Source: an uncultured Phycisphaerales bacterium (GTDB lineage Bacteria > Planctomycetota > Phycisphaerae > Tepidisphaerales > Tepidisphaeraceae). From it: a stretch of 64,000 nt of DNA. Positions 1 through 11,991 of the stretch are shown in pieces. Position 1 is the first letter of the stretch; every line of letters begins with the position of its first letter. Location of the stretch: positions 2,336,001 through 2,400,000 of the forward strand of contig CAVWLP010000002.1 in NCBI GenBank assembly GCA_963755915.1, written 5' to 3'. The notes under the pieces were generated by a model. The model was not told where the DNA came from. It did no database searches and worked only from the letters and a program-made list of their open reading frames with translations. The translations under genes and the position numbers were made by a program.

Positions 1-2088
1 CGGGGCTGGTGCGGATCGCTTACACCCTTCCGCCCGTCCTCCAGGTGACCGATCAGAATCAGCCGATGGAGATGTTCGGAACGTTCATGCAGTCGCAGCA
101 GATGCTGATCTCAAGCCGGCGAGTGACGGACATGGCGATGGAAGATCCTGTGTGGAGAACCACGGGCCATGCCGTTCCCGCGGATCCTGGGAGCTACTTC
201 GCCAACAACCTGCTGGTGTCGATTAAGCCCGGAAGCGAATACATCGAGATATCGGTAACCGATCCCGATCCGGCGACCGCCGCCGCCGCGGTCAACTCGG
301 TGATTAACGCCTACGTCGAGCTGTACAACGGCCAAAGCCAGCAACTGGAGCGCCAGCGCATGGGCGTTTTGGAGGAATCGCAAAGGAACCTCAAGGACGA
401 CATCGAAAATCTCAACGGACAGATCAACGCGGGAATCGCCAAATATGGGACATCCGATCTTCAGTACTTTTACGAAGATGCGGTCGCCCGGCTGAACAAA
501 ATCGAGACGGCGATTGACGACACCAAGTCTGCGATCGCCGTCGCGCCCACCCACGGCGCACCGGGGAACCCGTTCGTTTCGCCCGATTCGGGATCGCCTG
601 CCGATCTTACCGACGACCAGATCGCCGCGAGCGACGGGACCATGCGAAGATATCTCGATGAGCGCGACCGCCTCAACGAGGAGCTGCGCCGATTGAAATT
701 CCTCGGCTACGACCAGCAGCATCCCCAGGTTGTGCTGGATCAATACCAATTGAATCGGGTGATGGCGGAGATTCACCAGTACGGGGAGCAGGTGCGTGTT
801 TTCCAGTCGGCAACCGGAGCGGGGTTCAGCGATGGCAGCCATTCGGTCGCGGGTGCGCCGGCGGTCGCGCAGAAATCCGCCACGGATCTGCGCACCGATC
901 TGGCAAATCTCACAAGCCTTTTCGAGGAAACCAAGTCCGAAATGCTCGCGATCGGCGCGGACCGCAAGAAATTCGAGGACTTCAACCATCAACTCACCTC
1001 CGACCAGGACCAACTGGACGCGCTGAACAGGCGCATGGAAACGCTGAAAACCGAGGACGCGCTCGGTGGGCGCCTCAGCGTCGATTCCACGGGAGAGATT
1101 CCGATTTCTCCCGATAAAGACCGGCGCGCTCTTACGCAATTGCCGGCGGATTGGGAGGCGCGCTGGCGCCGTCCGCAATCCTGCTCCTTACGGTAATGCT
1201 GACCTCCAGAAAATATCTCTATTCCGAGGAGACCGAGGCCGGTGTGCAATTGCGCGCTCCATTGCTCGGAATTGTCCCGGTGCTGGGCCCGCAACCCGTG
1301 AATGCCGACGGCATGATCGACGCTGCCCAAGCCGTTCACCAGATACGCGTCAGGCTTCGGTCGCAATCAGCGCAGGATGCGTCTTCGGTGTACATGGTCA
1401 CAAGCGCCACATCGGGCGACGGAAAGACCAGCCTCACCATGGCGCTGGCCATCTCCTGCCTGCGGCACGGCTGCGAACGCTGGTGATCGATTGCGATCTT
1501 TCCGCCTGCCAGCTTACACGATTGCTCAAGGCCGACGATGTTCCCGGGTTGCAGGACGCTCTGATAGGGCACACCGTCAAAAACCCCGCCAAGAAGATCG
1601 CACCGTATCTCTTTGTGCTGCCGGTCGGAAAAACCTCGATGTCGCCAACGTCTCTTCCGACTGCCGCGATCCGCGTGCTGATCAAAGCGGCCAAGCGCGA
1701 ATTCGATCTGGTGCTTTTCGACACCGGGCCGATTCTTTCCAGCGTCGAAGCCGCGGTGCTGGCGCAGGAGGTGGAGGGGATTATCTTCGCCATCTCGCGC
1801 GGACAGCATCGCTCGATCGTGCGCCGCGCCGTTCGAAGACTTGATGCGCTGGGGGGCAAAATAGAGGGATTTATCTTTAACCGCGCCCAGGCAACTGATT
1901 TTCTGGAAACGTCGTACGGATCCAGCTCCCATCGCTCATCGAGGGCGAGCACCCCCCGAAGCGGCAATCACAACGGTATAGGCAATGGCAATGGCCATTC
2001 CCTCGTGCCGCGGTTCGATTCCGAAACATTCAGCGAGTTCGGCCCGCTGGTGCAGGCGGTAGCCTGCGACTGGCAACAGGCAAACTAA
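1..2088 (+). CDS. Wzc/GumC-type polysaccharide co-polymerase with BY-kinase domain (5'-partial, frameshifted near 1130 and 1460)
   Basis: Coiled-coil periplasmic region (ORF 9..1196), TM segment plus Walker A VTSATSGDGKTS (ORF 1151..1486), then LVIDCDL, FDLVLFDTGP and IFN motifs (ORF 1066..2088). Confidence 0.85.
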
Positions 2089-2101
2089 TTTTTATTTTCT
2101 T

Positions 2102-3522
2102 ATGACTGCGAGTTCCATTCCTGAAGGGCTACTGCGCTCGCCGCGCGGTGTGAGCCTGAGGTCCGCCTGTCGAGCGGGCGGCGCGGACCTACCCCGGCGT
2201 GGCCGCCGAAAGTTTGCGCGGGGCTCTGGGTTTCGCGCTGTTTCTGCTCGTGAATCTGATTCTATTCATCAGGCCCGGAGAACTCATTGCAAGTCTGGAT
2301 GACTTCCCGATTTATGAAATCGTCATTACCTTTTGCCTGCTTGCATCGTTTCCACTGGTTGTTCGGCAGCTCGCTTGGCGGTCTTTGAAGTTCAGCCCGA
2401 TTACAGTGTTCGTTCTGGCTCTTCTGCCGGCCATCATTTTGTCGTCAATCGGCCACCACCTTTTCTGGATGGGAAGGGAATTGAGCGTCAACATGCTCAA
2501 GATTCAGGCCTATTTCCTTCTGCTTGTCGGCCTGGTGAATTCCGTCCGGCGTTTGCGGAGCTTTCTGCTGTTCATCTTCGTCGCTATGACGCTGATGAGC
2601 ATCATCGTTTTGCTGGGCAACTTCGGCATTATCGACGTGTACAGTCTCTCCAGCGTTGGGAAGCAAACGGCGGGTCAGGTTGGGGGGGTGGACATCGGCC
2701 GCGTCCGCGGGCTGGGAGTCTTCAACGATCCCAACGATCTGTCGCTGATCATGGTGGTGGGTGTACTCATTGGTCTTCATTTTCTGATCGGGTGCAAGGG
2801 CTGGATTGGGCGCTTTTTATGGGCGGCGCCGATCGCTCCGCTTCTGTGGGTGTTTGCGTTGACCGCTTCGCGTGGAGGGCTTTTATCGCTGTGCGCCGGT
2901 CTGAGTGTGTTGACCACCACCCGATATGGATGGAAGCGGGCGATCCTCATTGCCTGCCTTGTCGGACCGATCCTGGCGCTAACACTGGCGCTCGCCAGAC
3001 CAACCTCGATTTTTCCAACCCCGGCGACACGGCGCAGGGGCGAATGCTGCTTTGGCGGGACGCAATGGTGTTGTTTCACCACGCCCCGATTTTGGGGATC
3101 GGAGCGGGCGAACTTACTCAGACCTACCACCAGGTGTCTCACAATTCATTCGTGCAGACGTACGCGGAGATGGGATTGGTTGGGGGAACGATTTTCGTGG
3201 GGGTGATGGTGATGCCGATTTTCGTTTGCCGCGCGATCGCGAAAAGCCTGCCAAAATCGTCGGCGGATGAGCTGAGGCGATGGAACTTCACAATTCTGTC
3301 GATCACCGTGGGGTATATCATCGGAATGTGCTCGCTTTCGCGGAGCAGCACGGTTCCGACATTCATTCCGCCGGCTCTGGCGGGGGCGCTATCGGCGATA
3401 GTGACGCGCGCCTATCCGTGGTTTCGGACGCCGCTGAATTTCGCCATCGTGCGCCGTATCTGCATCGCCTCTGCGGTTGCCGTCGCAGCTTTGGAAATCT
3501 GCCGCGGTACTTCATCAGTTGA
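2102..3522 (+). CDS. O-antigen ligase / Wzy-like polymerase family membrane protein (frameshifted)
   Basis: Multi-TM protein with GVFNDPND, LTASRGG, R..LW...PILGIG and SHNSFVQTYAEMGLVG motifs across ORFs 2199..3206 and 2333..3880. Start and stop inferred. Confidence 0.8.
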
Positions 3523-3544
3523 TTCATCTGCCGAATCTGAAGCA

Positions 3545-4518
3545 ATGCTGGATGTTTTCCTTACCGTCGACACGGAGTTTTATCCGCTGCGGCCCGACTG
3601 GCGCATTGCGGGGCTGAGCCGCGATATCGCCCGTGACCTCTACGGCAAAACCGAGCGCGGAGAGTTCGGCGTTTCCTATCAACTGAATGTTCTGGCTGCC
3701 AACGGCCTGAAGGCAACATTTTTCGTCGAAGGCCTCTGTGGCAGTGCCGCCGGCGACGAGGTGCTTGGGCGGCTGGTTGATGAAATTCAATCGAAGGGGC
3801 AGGAAGTTCAGCTCCATCTTCATCCGGAATGGCTTCAGTGGATGGCCAATCCGCCGGTTCCCAGCCAGGGCGCGAACTGATCGCCCAGTTTTTCGCGTCG
3901 GAGCAGCGGCAACTGATCGCCATCGCCCGCGAAAACGTGGTCCGGGCGGGCGCTGAAAACATAATGGCGTTTCGTGCGGGTGATTACGCCGCCGGCGCCG
4001 ATACGCTTGCGGCCCTGGCCGACAACGGTATCCGCATCGACACCAGCTACAACGCCTGCCACGCGAAATCCCTGGCCGATGTCGCCGAGCTTGAGGGTGC
4101 TCATCAGCCCGTGGAAGTTTCGGGGGTGTGGGAGTTTCCCGTGGCGGTCTGGAGTGACGGGCTTGGGTCTCATCGCCCGGCGCAATTGTGCAGTTGTTCC
4201 GCCTCGGAGATGCAAGGATCGCTCATCAGTGCCTGGAAGAACGGGTGGAAATGTTTTGTGATCGTCTCCCACAGCTTTGAATTGCTGAAGAAGCGCCGCC
4301 AGCGCGTTTCGCGCCCAATGCCCGATCCGATTGTCGTCCGCAGATTTACGCAGCTATGCGAATTTCTGCGGGCCAATAACGATAAATTCCGCACCGGTCA
4401 CTTCCGCGATGTTGAGACCCATTTGCTGGGCGTCGCCGAGCCGGCCAAACCGATCCGTTCCCCGGCCTACCGGACGGCCTGGCGTCTGGCGGAGCAAACC
4501 TGCCGGCGCCTCGGCTGA
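3545..4518 (+). CDS. Polysaccharide deacetylase family protein (frameshift near 3870)
   Basis: MLDVFLTVDTE start, ATFFVE, QLHLHPEW, AFRAGDY and SHSFELL motifs of the NodB-like fold. Confidence 0.8.
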
Positions 4519-4529
4519 CCAAAACTGCG

Positions 4530-5735
4530 ATGACCCGATTGCTGGAAATTGAATCGCCCGCGCCGGCCAAACGGCCCGCGTTGCCGTCTGGTCCGGATGT
4601 GCCGGCTATCGCCGTGGCGCACGTCGTGCTCTCTCTGGAGATCGGCGGGCTTGAGCGTGTGGTGGTCGATCTCGTCCGCGAGGGGATCCGGCTTGGCCAG
4701 AAGGTTTCGGTGGTCTGTCTGCAACGATTGGGCGAACTGGCCGATGAGGCGCGTGAGGCGGGCGCCGAAGTTGTTTGTCTCAACAAACTGCCTGGAATTC
4801 GTTTTGAACTCTCCAGAAAGATTGCGGCGCAATTGTGCGAATTGAAGCCTGATGTCGTTCACAGCCATCAGGTGGGAGCGCTGTTTTACGCGAGCGGCGC
4901 CGCCCGCCGTGCGGGTGTGCCGGTCGTCGTTCACACTGAACATGGCAAACATTATTCCTCACGATGGCGGACACGTGTTCTCGGCCGACACGCGGCGAGG
5001 CGCGTGAATCGGTTCTTCTGTGTTTCCGGCGATATCGCCCTGGAAGCCTGCCGCTGCCGGATCGTCGATCCTCGAAAGCTCGTTGTTCTGCCGAATGGAA
5101 TCGATCTCTCGCGATTTCGCCCGCAATGCGATGATTCGCTTCGCGCTCGGTTCAATATTCCAGCGGATTCCCCCGTCATCGGCACTGTCGGCCGTCTCAG
5201 CGAAATCAAGCAGCAGCACATATTGCTGCGGGCCCTGGCGGAAATCGCGCCGAAGTTTCCGACAGCGCAGCTCCTGCTCGTCGGAGACGGCCCCTTACGC
5301 TCGGAACTGGAGCAATTGGCTGATGGGCTTGGGCTGAGCGAGCGCGTTCATTTCGTCGGTTATCAGGCGGAACCGCAAAAATTTCTTGCGATGATGAATG
5401 TTTTCGCTCTGACCAGCCGCTCGGAAGGGATGCCGCTTTCGGTGCTGGAAGCCTGGGCCGCGGGGCTGCCCGTGGTGGTGTCGGCGGTGGGCGGTTTGCC
5501 GGAATTGATCGGGAATAGCGGGGCAGGTTTGCTGTTCCCGTCCGGTGATGTCGCGGCACTGGCGTTGCGACTTTCGGATTTGCTCGCAAATGAGCGATCC
5601 CGTTTGGAGATGGGTGGGCGGGGGCGCGAAGTCGTCGAAAATTCGTATAGCGTTCAACGAATGGCCGGCGATTATCACCGGCATTACGTCTCCCTGCTCG
5701 GCAAGGCGCATCATGCGCGTATTAGCCATCACTAG
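4530..5735 (+). CDS. Glycosyltransferase family 4
   Basis: GGLERVV, HTEHG, NGID, GTVGRL, SRSEGMPLSVLEAWAAG. Confidence 0.9.
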   Translation: MTRLLEIESPAPAKRPALPSGPDVPAIAVAHVVLSLEIGGLERVVVDLVREGIRLGQKVSVVCLQRLGELADEAREAGAEVVCLNKLPGIRFELSRKIAAQLCELKPDVVHSHQVGALFYASGAARRAGVPVVVHTEHGKHYSSRWRTRVLGRHAARRVNRFFCVSGDIALEACRCRIVDPRKLVVLPNGIDLSRFRPQCDDSLRARFNIPADSPVIGTVGRLSEIKQQHILLRALAEIAPKFPTAQLLLVGDGPLRSELEQLADGLGLSERVHFVGYQAEPQKFLAMMNVFALTSRSEGMPLSVLEAWAAGLPVVVSAVGGLPELIGNSGAGLLFPSGDVAALALRLSDLLANERSRLEMGGRGREVVENSYSVQRMAGDYHRHYVSLLGKAHHARISHH

Positions 5736-6916
5736 CTGTCATCCCAGTCCGCACAGCCCGCGGCATTGCATCTATCACCAACACAAGATGCGCGCTGTCG
5801 CGGATGCACGATCTGCGCCTGATTGTTCCGGTCGCCTGGCGAAAACGATTGGGGACGCCGGCAATCGCGGCGAATGATGGACCCGCAAACGTCTCATTCC
5901 CAACGTACTGGTATACGCCCAGGATTCTCGAACAGTTTTACGGACGTTTTTATCTCGCCAGCATCAAATCAGCCGTGCGTCTCGCTGTGCAGAATTTTCA
6001 GCCCGACTTGGTGTTTGCATGCTGGGCCCATCCCGACGGATGGGCGGCGGCGCAGATCGCCAAACGGCTCGGCGTGCCGGTTGTCATCAAGGTCATCGGC
6101 TCTGATGTGCTCGTCCTCTCCAAACGCCCGAAGCGCCGCGGAATTTTGGCCCAGACGCTCCAATCGGCCGATGCCGTCATTGCGGTGAATCACGATCTTG
6201 CGAATCATGTCAATCAGCTCGGGGTGAATCCCAGAAACATTCATGTCGTCCCCGAAGGCATCGACACCGACGTTTTCCGCCCGGGCGACCGATCAGCGGC
6301 AAGAACATCCCTGGGGATTCCGGACTACGCGAGAATCCTCCTCTTCGTGGGCAATCTGCTGATGAGCAAAGGGGCAGGCGTGCTGATCGAAGCCTGCGCG
6401 AAGCTTGCAGCGAAAGTCCCCGACTTCAGATGTTATCTTGTCGGCAGCGGCGACGACGCGACGGCCCTTCACCGAATGGTGCAATCTCAAAGGCTGGATG
6501 GTCGCGTATTTTTCGCCGGTTCATGCACCCAGGGGACGCTCGTCCAGTGGTATCACGCCTGTGATGTCGTCGCACTTCCGAGCTTCTCGGAGGGAATACC
6601 TAATGTTCTTCGCGAATCGCTTCAATGCGGTCGCCCGTTCATTGCCACGCATGTTGGAGGCATTCCGGAAATCAGTGATTCAGCATACAGCCGGCTGGTT
6701 GCGCCCGGAAACATTGGCGAGCTGGCCGCGGCTTTGGAATCGATGCTTCTTTCGCCGCCGGTTGTCGAAGCAAGCGCCGCCGCGCGCGTCAACATAACCT
6801 GGAGCCGTTCAGCGGAAATGATTTCCGATGTCTTTCGTCGCGTTTGCGAGGCGAAATCGACGGCGGTTCCATTGCATTCTGCCGTTTCGGAGCTTTCAAA
6901 CCTAGCCGCCCAATGA
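5713..6916 (+). CDS. Glycosyltransferase family 4, TuaC-like (frameshift near 5800)
   Basis: MRVLAITS N-terminus in ORF 5545..5877 continues into ORF 5804..6916 with WAHPDG, GSDV, LFVGNL, SFSEGIPNVLRE. Confidence 0.85.
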
Positions 6917-8127
6917 CGACCACTCTGATCGATCAAACGCAGGCATACGAGTGTCCCGTGCCGGCGGCGTTCGAAGGCCGCGACATGCTCTGCTTCAGCC
7001 ACGACTGGAGCGGCGACCCGCTTTCCAAGACCCACCTCATGCGTCTTCTGGCCCGCCGCAATCGGGTGCTGTGGGTGAATTCGATCGGATATCGTGCGCC
7101 TACGGTTTCGCGGAGAGATATCCGCCGGGCTTTTGCCAAGCTTAGCGCCGCCGCCGCGCCGATTCGCGAGCCGGAGCCCAACATTTTCGTCATGAATCCG
7201 CTGGCGATTCCCGCCTATGGGAACCCGCTGATTCGCAAGGTCAATCAGCGAATCCTGCGCATGCAGGTCAGGCGGGCGATGCACAAGCTGCGGTTTCGCC
7301 GGCCGATCAACTGGGTCTTCAACCCCGCGGCGGCTGTTGTGGCCGGCACGCTTGGCGAAGACAGGATTATCTACTACTGCGTCGATGAATACACCGCATT
7401 TTCCGGAGTCTCCGGCGGACATCTGGCGCAGCTCGAAGAACAGCTTCTGGGCCGGGCCGATCTCGTCATCGTTTCCGCCGAGCCCTTGCTCCAAAGCAAA
7501 AAGCAGTTCAACCCGCGCACGATCCTCGTGCGCCACGGCGTCGACCATGCGCATTTCCGCAAGGCGCTCAATAGCAGCACACAAATCCCGTCAGAGATCG
7601 CCTCCCTTCCGCACCCAATCGTCGGATTCTTCGGTCTCATCGCCGACTGGGTCGACGTCGATCTCATGGCCCAGGTCGCAAAACATTTCTCGACAGGCTC
7701 GCTTGTGGTGCTCGGTCGTGCTACCACCGATATCTCGGTCCTCCAGGGAATTCCTAACGTGCATATCCTGGGCAGAAAACCGTACGAATCTCTGCCGGCG
7801 TATTGCAAAGGATTCGACGTGGCCATTAATCCATTTCGGATCAATCGCCTCACAATCAACGCCAACCCGCTGAAGGTGCGGGAATATCTGGCGGCCGGTC
7901 TTCCGGTTGTCTCCACCGCGATTCCCGAAGTCGAAGCGCTGGATGTGTGTCGGATTGGCCGGGAGAGCGAGGGATTCATTCGGGAAATTGAAGAGGCTTT
8001 GAAAAATCCTGGTCCCTCCACCGCGCGAAGCGATGCCATGCGCAGCGAGAGCTGGGAAGAGCGGCTGAATTCGATCTCCCGCCATTTCGGCGAAATGTGC
8101 GGCGAGAAACAGGGGAGCGTTGCGTGA
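6913..8127 (+). CDS. GT-B glycosyltransferase, TuaH-like
   Basis: YYCVDEY, HGVD, VGFFGLIADWVD, NPLKVREYLAAG; ATGA overlap with the upstream gene. Confidence 0.85.
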   Translation: MTTTLIDQTQAYECPVPAAFEGRDMLCFSHDWSGDPLSKTHLMRLLARRNRVLWVNSIGYRAPTVSRRDIRRAFAKLSAAAAPIREPEPNIFVMNPLAIPAYGNPLIRKVNQRILRMQVRRAMHKLRFRRPINWVFNPAAAVVAGTLGEDRIIYYCVDEYTAFSGVSGGHLAQLEEQLLGRADLVIVSAEPLLQSKKQFNPRTILVRHGVDHAHFRKALNSSTQIPSEIASLPHPIVGFFGLIADWVDVDLMAQVAKHFSTGSLVVLGRATTDISVLQGIPNVHILGRKPYESLPAYCKGFDVAINPFRINRLTINANPLKVREYLAAGLPVVSTAIPEVEALDVCRIGRESEGFIREIEEALKNPGPSTARSDAMRSESWEERLNSISRHFGEMCGEKQGSVA

Positions 8128-9221
8128 AAATCCTCCTCGTCGCCGCGTGCCGCCCGAATTTCATGAAGATCGCCCCGCTCATGTGGGAAATCCGCAAGCG
8201 CGGTAACATCCAAAGCTTTCTCGTTCACACCGGCCAGCATTACGACCAGCAGATGTCGCAGATTTTCTTTGAGGAGTTGGGGATTCCTCAGCCGGATGTC
8301 GACCTGGGCGTCGGGTCCGGCTCGCATGCGGTCCAGACGGCGGAGGTGATTCGCAAATTTGAGCCGGTGATTCTCGAGTACAAGCCCGATGTTGTTGTGG
8401 TGGTCGGAGATGTCAATTCAACTTTGGCATGCGCGATCACCGCGGTGAAGCTGGGGATTGTGGTTGCTCACGTCGAGGCGGGTTTGCGCAGCTTCGACCG
8501 GACGATGCCGGAGGAAATCAACCGCATCCTTACCGATTCCATCAGCCGCTGGCTGTTCGTCAGCGAGCGCAGCGGCGTGGAGAATCTCCGACGCGAGGGT
8601 GTCAGCGATGAGCGTATTTTCTTCGTCGGCAACGTCATGATCGACACGCTCCTCGCTTGCCGAAAACGTGCGGAGGGATCGAAAGTTCTTCAGACGCTGA
8701 ACCTGGAAGACGGGAACTATGCAGTCGTCACCCTTCATCGTCCTGCGAATGTTGATGATGCCGGGGCCCTGGGGAAACTGCTCGAAGCGCTCGAGGACGT
8801 CGGCCGCGAAATGGCCGTGGTTTTCCCGGTGCATCCGCGCTCGCGAAAGGCGCTCAATGGGCGGGCGATTTCCGCTTCGCCCAACCTGCGGCTTATCGAC
8901 CCGCTGGGTTATCTTGATTTCGTAAAGCTGATGTCCCACAGCCGCGTCGTCTTCACCGACTCGGGCGGGATTCAGGAAGAGACGACCGTGATGGGCATTC
9001 CCTGCCTGACGCTTCGCGCCAATACCGAGCGGCCCGCGACGGTTTCCCAGGGAACGAACCTGCTGGTCGGCACCGACCGCGACAGCATTGTCCGAGCGTT
9101 CCACGAAACCGTGAGCCATCCCAAGGCCGGTCGAATTCCCGAGCGGTGGGACGGCCTGGCCGCCCATCGCGTGATCGATGTGCTGGAGAGCACGATCAAT
9201 ACCCCTCCATCCAGTTGGTAA
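8124..9221 (+). CDS. wecB: UDP-N-acetylglucosamine 2-epimerase (non-hydrolysing)
   Basis: RPNFMK, HTGQHYD, HVEAGLRS, PEEINR, TDSGGIQEE, TERP. Confidence 0.95.
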   Translation: MKILLVAACRPNFMKIAPLMWEIRKRGNIQSFLVHTGQHYDQQMSQIFFEELGIPQPDVDLGVGSGSHAVQTAEVIRKFEPVILEYKPDVVVVVGDVNSTLACAITAVKLGIVVAHVEAGLRSFDRTMPEEINRILTDSISRWLFVSERSGVENLRREGVSDERIFFVGNVMIDTLLACRKRAEGSKVLQTLNLEDGNYAVVTLHRPANVDDAGALGKLLEALEDVGREMAVVFPVHPRSRKALNGRAISASPNLRLIDPLGYLDFVKLMSHSRVVFTDSGGIQEETTVMGIPCLTLRANTERPATVSQGTNLLVGTDRDSIVRAFHETVSHPKAGRIPERWDGLAAHRVIDVLESTINTPPSSW

Positions 9222-9225
9222 GCCC

Positions 9226-9840
9226 GTGCCCGGTCTTCTCGAAACAATCCGCTATGATGTGCGATGCAAAGCGCAGTGGTGCTATGAGAACACCGCCGCC
9301 CGGAGCATGGTGAAGGCCCTGCTCACCGACGGAACCACGGCGATGCTGATTTACCGCCTGATGCAATGGTCCGGCCGTCATGGGCTGTGGCCGCTGGAAA
9401 TGCTTTTCAACAAGCTCAATGCGGTGCTGAATCAGTGCATCATCGGGCGCGGGGCCGACTTTGGGCCGGGTTTCGTGCTGATTCATGCAACCGGCGTCAT
9501 CATCAACGGCGACGTTCGCGGCGGCGCGCGAATCTATATCGAGCACCAAGTGACCATCGGCGCCGACAATCGCCGCAGCCCGGTGCTCGAAAGCGACGTA
9601 TTCATCGGTGCGGGGGCAAGAGTGATCGGAAATGTAAAAGTCGGGGAGGGGGCGAGGATCGGAGCCAACGCGGTCGTCGTTGAAGATGTGCCCGATCACT
9701 GTACGGTCGCCGGTGTTCCCGCAAAGGTGGTTCGCCGGCGGACGCCTGCTCGGGCTGAAAATGAAAAACCCGTCGTCGCGCAGTTGACGCCTGCCCTGGT
9801 TCCGAAAAGCTCAACATTTAATTCGGCCGACCATCCGTGA
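9226..9840 (+). CDS. Serine-acetyltransferase-like hexapeptide-repeat O-acetyltransferase
   Basis: Left-handed beta-helix repeats; IGAGARVIG, IGANAVVVEDVP, GVPAKVV. Confidence 0.85.
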   Translation: MPGLLETIRYDVRCKAQWCYENTAARSMVKALLTDGTTAMLIYRLMQWSGRHGLWPLEMLFNKLNAVLNQCIIGRGADFGPGFVLIHATGVIINGDVRGGARIYIEHQVTIGADNRRSPVLESDVFIGAGARVIGNVKVGEGARIGANAVVVEDVPDHCTVAGVPAKVVRRRTPARAENEKPVVAQLTPALVPKSSTFNSADHP

Positions 9841-11066
9841 TGACAGTGGTTCATCAGATCGCAGCGGCTCTTTTCTGGCTGAGCATTGGCGCTATTGCTT
9901 ATGCTTACGTCATCTATCCCGTCGTGCTGTGGATAGCCGCCGGAATATTTGGTCGCAAGGCTGATCCGTCGCCGCTGGCCGATGAGTCGTTGCCGTTTCT
10001 CTCAATCTTGATCGCAGCTCATAACGAGCAAAGTGTAATCCATCGCCGGATTCAAAACGCACTGGAACTGAATTACCCGGCGGAAAAGTTTGAAATCGTC
10101 ATCGCCTCCGATGGGAGCACCGATTCCACAGCGGACGTTTGCAGGCAATTCGAAGATCGACGTGTTCGCGTGCTCAATTTTCCTGTTCGGCGCGGCAAAG
10201 CCGCTGTTTTGAGCGCGGCGATGACCGAAGTCCGCGGCTCGATCGTCCTGCTTTCCGATGCAAACACATTTACGGATCAATCGGCGGCCAAATCACTGGT
10301 CCGGTGGTTCACGGATGAAAAGGTTGGCGCAGTCTGCGGCCGCCTTGTTCTGCAAGACTCCACAACTGGAAAAAACGCCGACGGCCTCTACTGGCGATAC
10401 GAAACCTTCCTCAAGATGCACGAAAGCCGCCTCGGCGCGCTGCTCGGCTCAAACGGCGCGATCTACGCCATTCGCCGCGATTTATTTCCACAGCTTTCGC
10501 CGTCAACCATTGTGGAAGACTTTGTAATTCCGCTGCTGGCCCGATTAAAAACCAACTGCCGGATCATCTATGACGCCGACGCCGTCGCGCACGAGGAATC
10601 CGCTCCCGATATTCAGAGCGAATTTCGCCGCCGCGTACGGATCGGCGCCGGCGACGTGCAGGCGATAAAGACGCTATGGCCGCTGCTCAATCCCCGCCAC
10701 GGCTGGATCGCTTTCACCTTCTTTTCGCACAAGGTCCTTCGCTGGTTTGGCCCGCTGTTTCTCGTGATGGCTCTGCTCGCAAACGCGGCACTGCTCGATC
10801 TGGAATTCTATCGGCGCCTCGGTTTGCTCCAGCTTGGCGGATATGCAATGGCGGGCATCGGGGCGCTCGTACCCAGGGGCATTCCCGGTTGGAAGCTCCT
10901 GCGGCTTTGCAATCTCTTTGTGACCATGAACGCGGCGCTGCTGGTTGGATATTTCTCGATCTTCTTCGGCTCGGCGAGCAGCGCGTGGAAACCGACGAAA
11001 CGCTCCGGCAGCGATGAATCTCTTCCCGATGAATCCCCGATTGTGGCCGCTGAGGCGGTTGAATAA
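9837..11066 (+). CDS. Glycosyltransferase family 2 with TM segments
   Basis: IAAHNE, SDGSTD, SDAN, GAIYAIRR, EDF, RRRVRI, SHKVLRW. Confidence 0.9.
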   Translation: MMTVVHQIAAALFWLSIGAIAYAYVIYPVVLWIAAGIFGRKADPSPLADESLPFLSILIAAHNEQSVIHRRIQNALELNYPAEKFEIVIASDGSTDSTADVCRQFEDRRVRVLNFPVRRGKAAVLSAAMTEVRGSIVLLSDANTFTDQSAAKSLVRWFTDEKVGAVCGRLVLQDSTTGKNADGLYWRYETFLKMHESRLGALLGSNGAIYAIRRDLFPQLSPSTIVEDFVIPLLARLKTNCRIIYDADAVAHEESAPDIQSEFRRRVRIGAGDVQAIKTLWPLLNPRHGWIAFTFFSHKVLRWFGPLFLVMALLANAALLDLEFYRRLGLLQLGGYAMAGIGALVPRGIPGWKLLRLCNLFVTMNAALLVGYFSIFFGSASSAWKPTKRSGSDESLPDESPIVAAEAVE

Positions 11067-11071
11067 TCACA

Positions 11072-11991
11072 ATGTTCAAAGCCGCGAATCCAACCATTTC
11101 ATCGACGCAATCAGTGTGCACGACGCGCGACTGGATGATCGCCGCCGCAATGCTCCTCACCGCCGTCGGCGCAACCTTCGACGCCTGGCGCGACATTTTC
11201 CGCCTCGGCTTTAACGACGAGGAGCTGAGTTACGTCATGCTCGCCCCGATCGTGATTTTCAGCCTGGCGTGGTCTCGCCGGCAGTCGCTCAAGAATGGGA
11301 TCGTCACCGGCACGTGGCTCGGCGTCGTGCTTTTGGCCTTGAGCGGGGCGGTTCTCTGGTACGGGTATTACTACGACCCGGTCATCTGGCGCGCGGCGCG
11401 GTCCTGATCGCCGCCGCGACTTTGATCGCCGCTTTGGGCACCAATTTCGCCCGCCGCCTCGCCCCGGCCCTGCTGGCGATGATTTTCCTGATCCCCATCG
11501 ACCCCGATGGCCGTTATCACATTGCCGGCCCCCTGGAAACTTTCACCTCCCGCGCCGCCCAGGTTTGCTGCGACATTCTGGGCATGTACGTTCAGCGCGA
11601 CGGGAATCTGCTCATCATCAACGGCGCGGCCGTCACCGTCGCCGAGGCCTGCAACGGCGCACGGATGGTTCTCTCGCTCTTCATGGTCTGCTATTTCGTG
11701 GCGTTCTCACCGCCGCCGCGTCCCTGGTGGATACGCCTTGTCGTGCTGGCGCTCAGCCCCATCGTAGCGATTGTCGCCAATGTCTTGCGCCTCATCCCCA
11801 CGATCTGGGCTTTCGCCCATCTCTCAGCACCCGTCGCCGAGCGATTTCACACACTCGGCGGCTACGTCATGCTCGTCGCGGCATTCATCGCGTTGATGGC
11901 ATTGATGAGATTTCTGGGTCGGCTGGCGCGCCCATCCACGGCCCCGGTGCACACCGAATTTGAAAGCGTGGCCCCGGCCGTACTCTTATGA
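11072..11991 (+). CDS. Exosortase (EpsH/Xrt family; frameshift near 11395)
   Basis: Multi-TM protein with catalytic-type VAEACNG, AN.LR and FH motifs; directly followed by an EpsI-like gene. Confidence 0.88.

Noticed and set aside
2333-3880. Apparent O-antigen ligase-deacetylase fusion
   Set aside because: Likely a frameshift near 3500. A natural stop exists at 3522 in another frame and the deacetylase has its own ATG at 3545.
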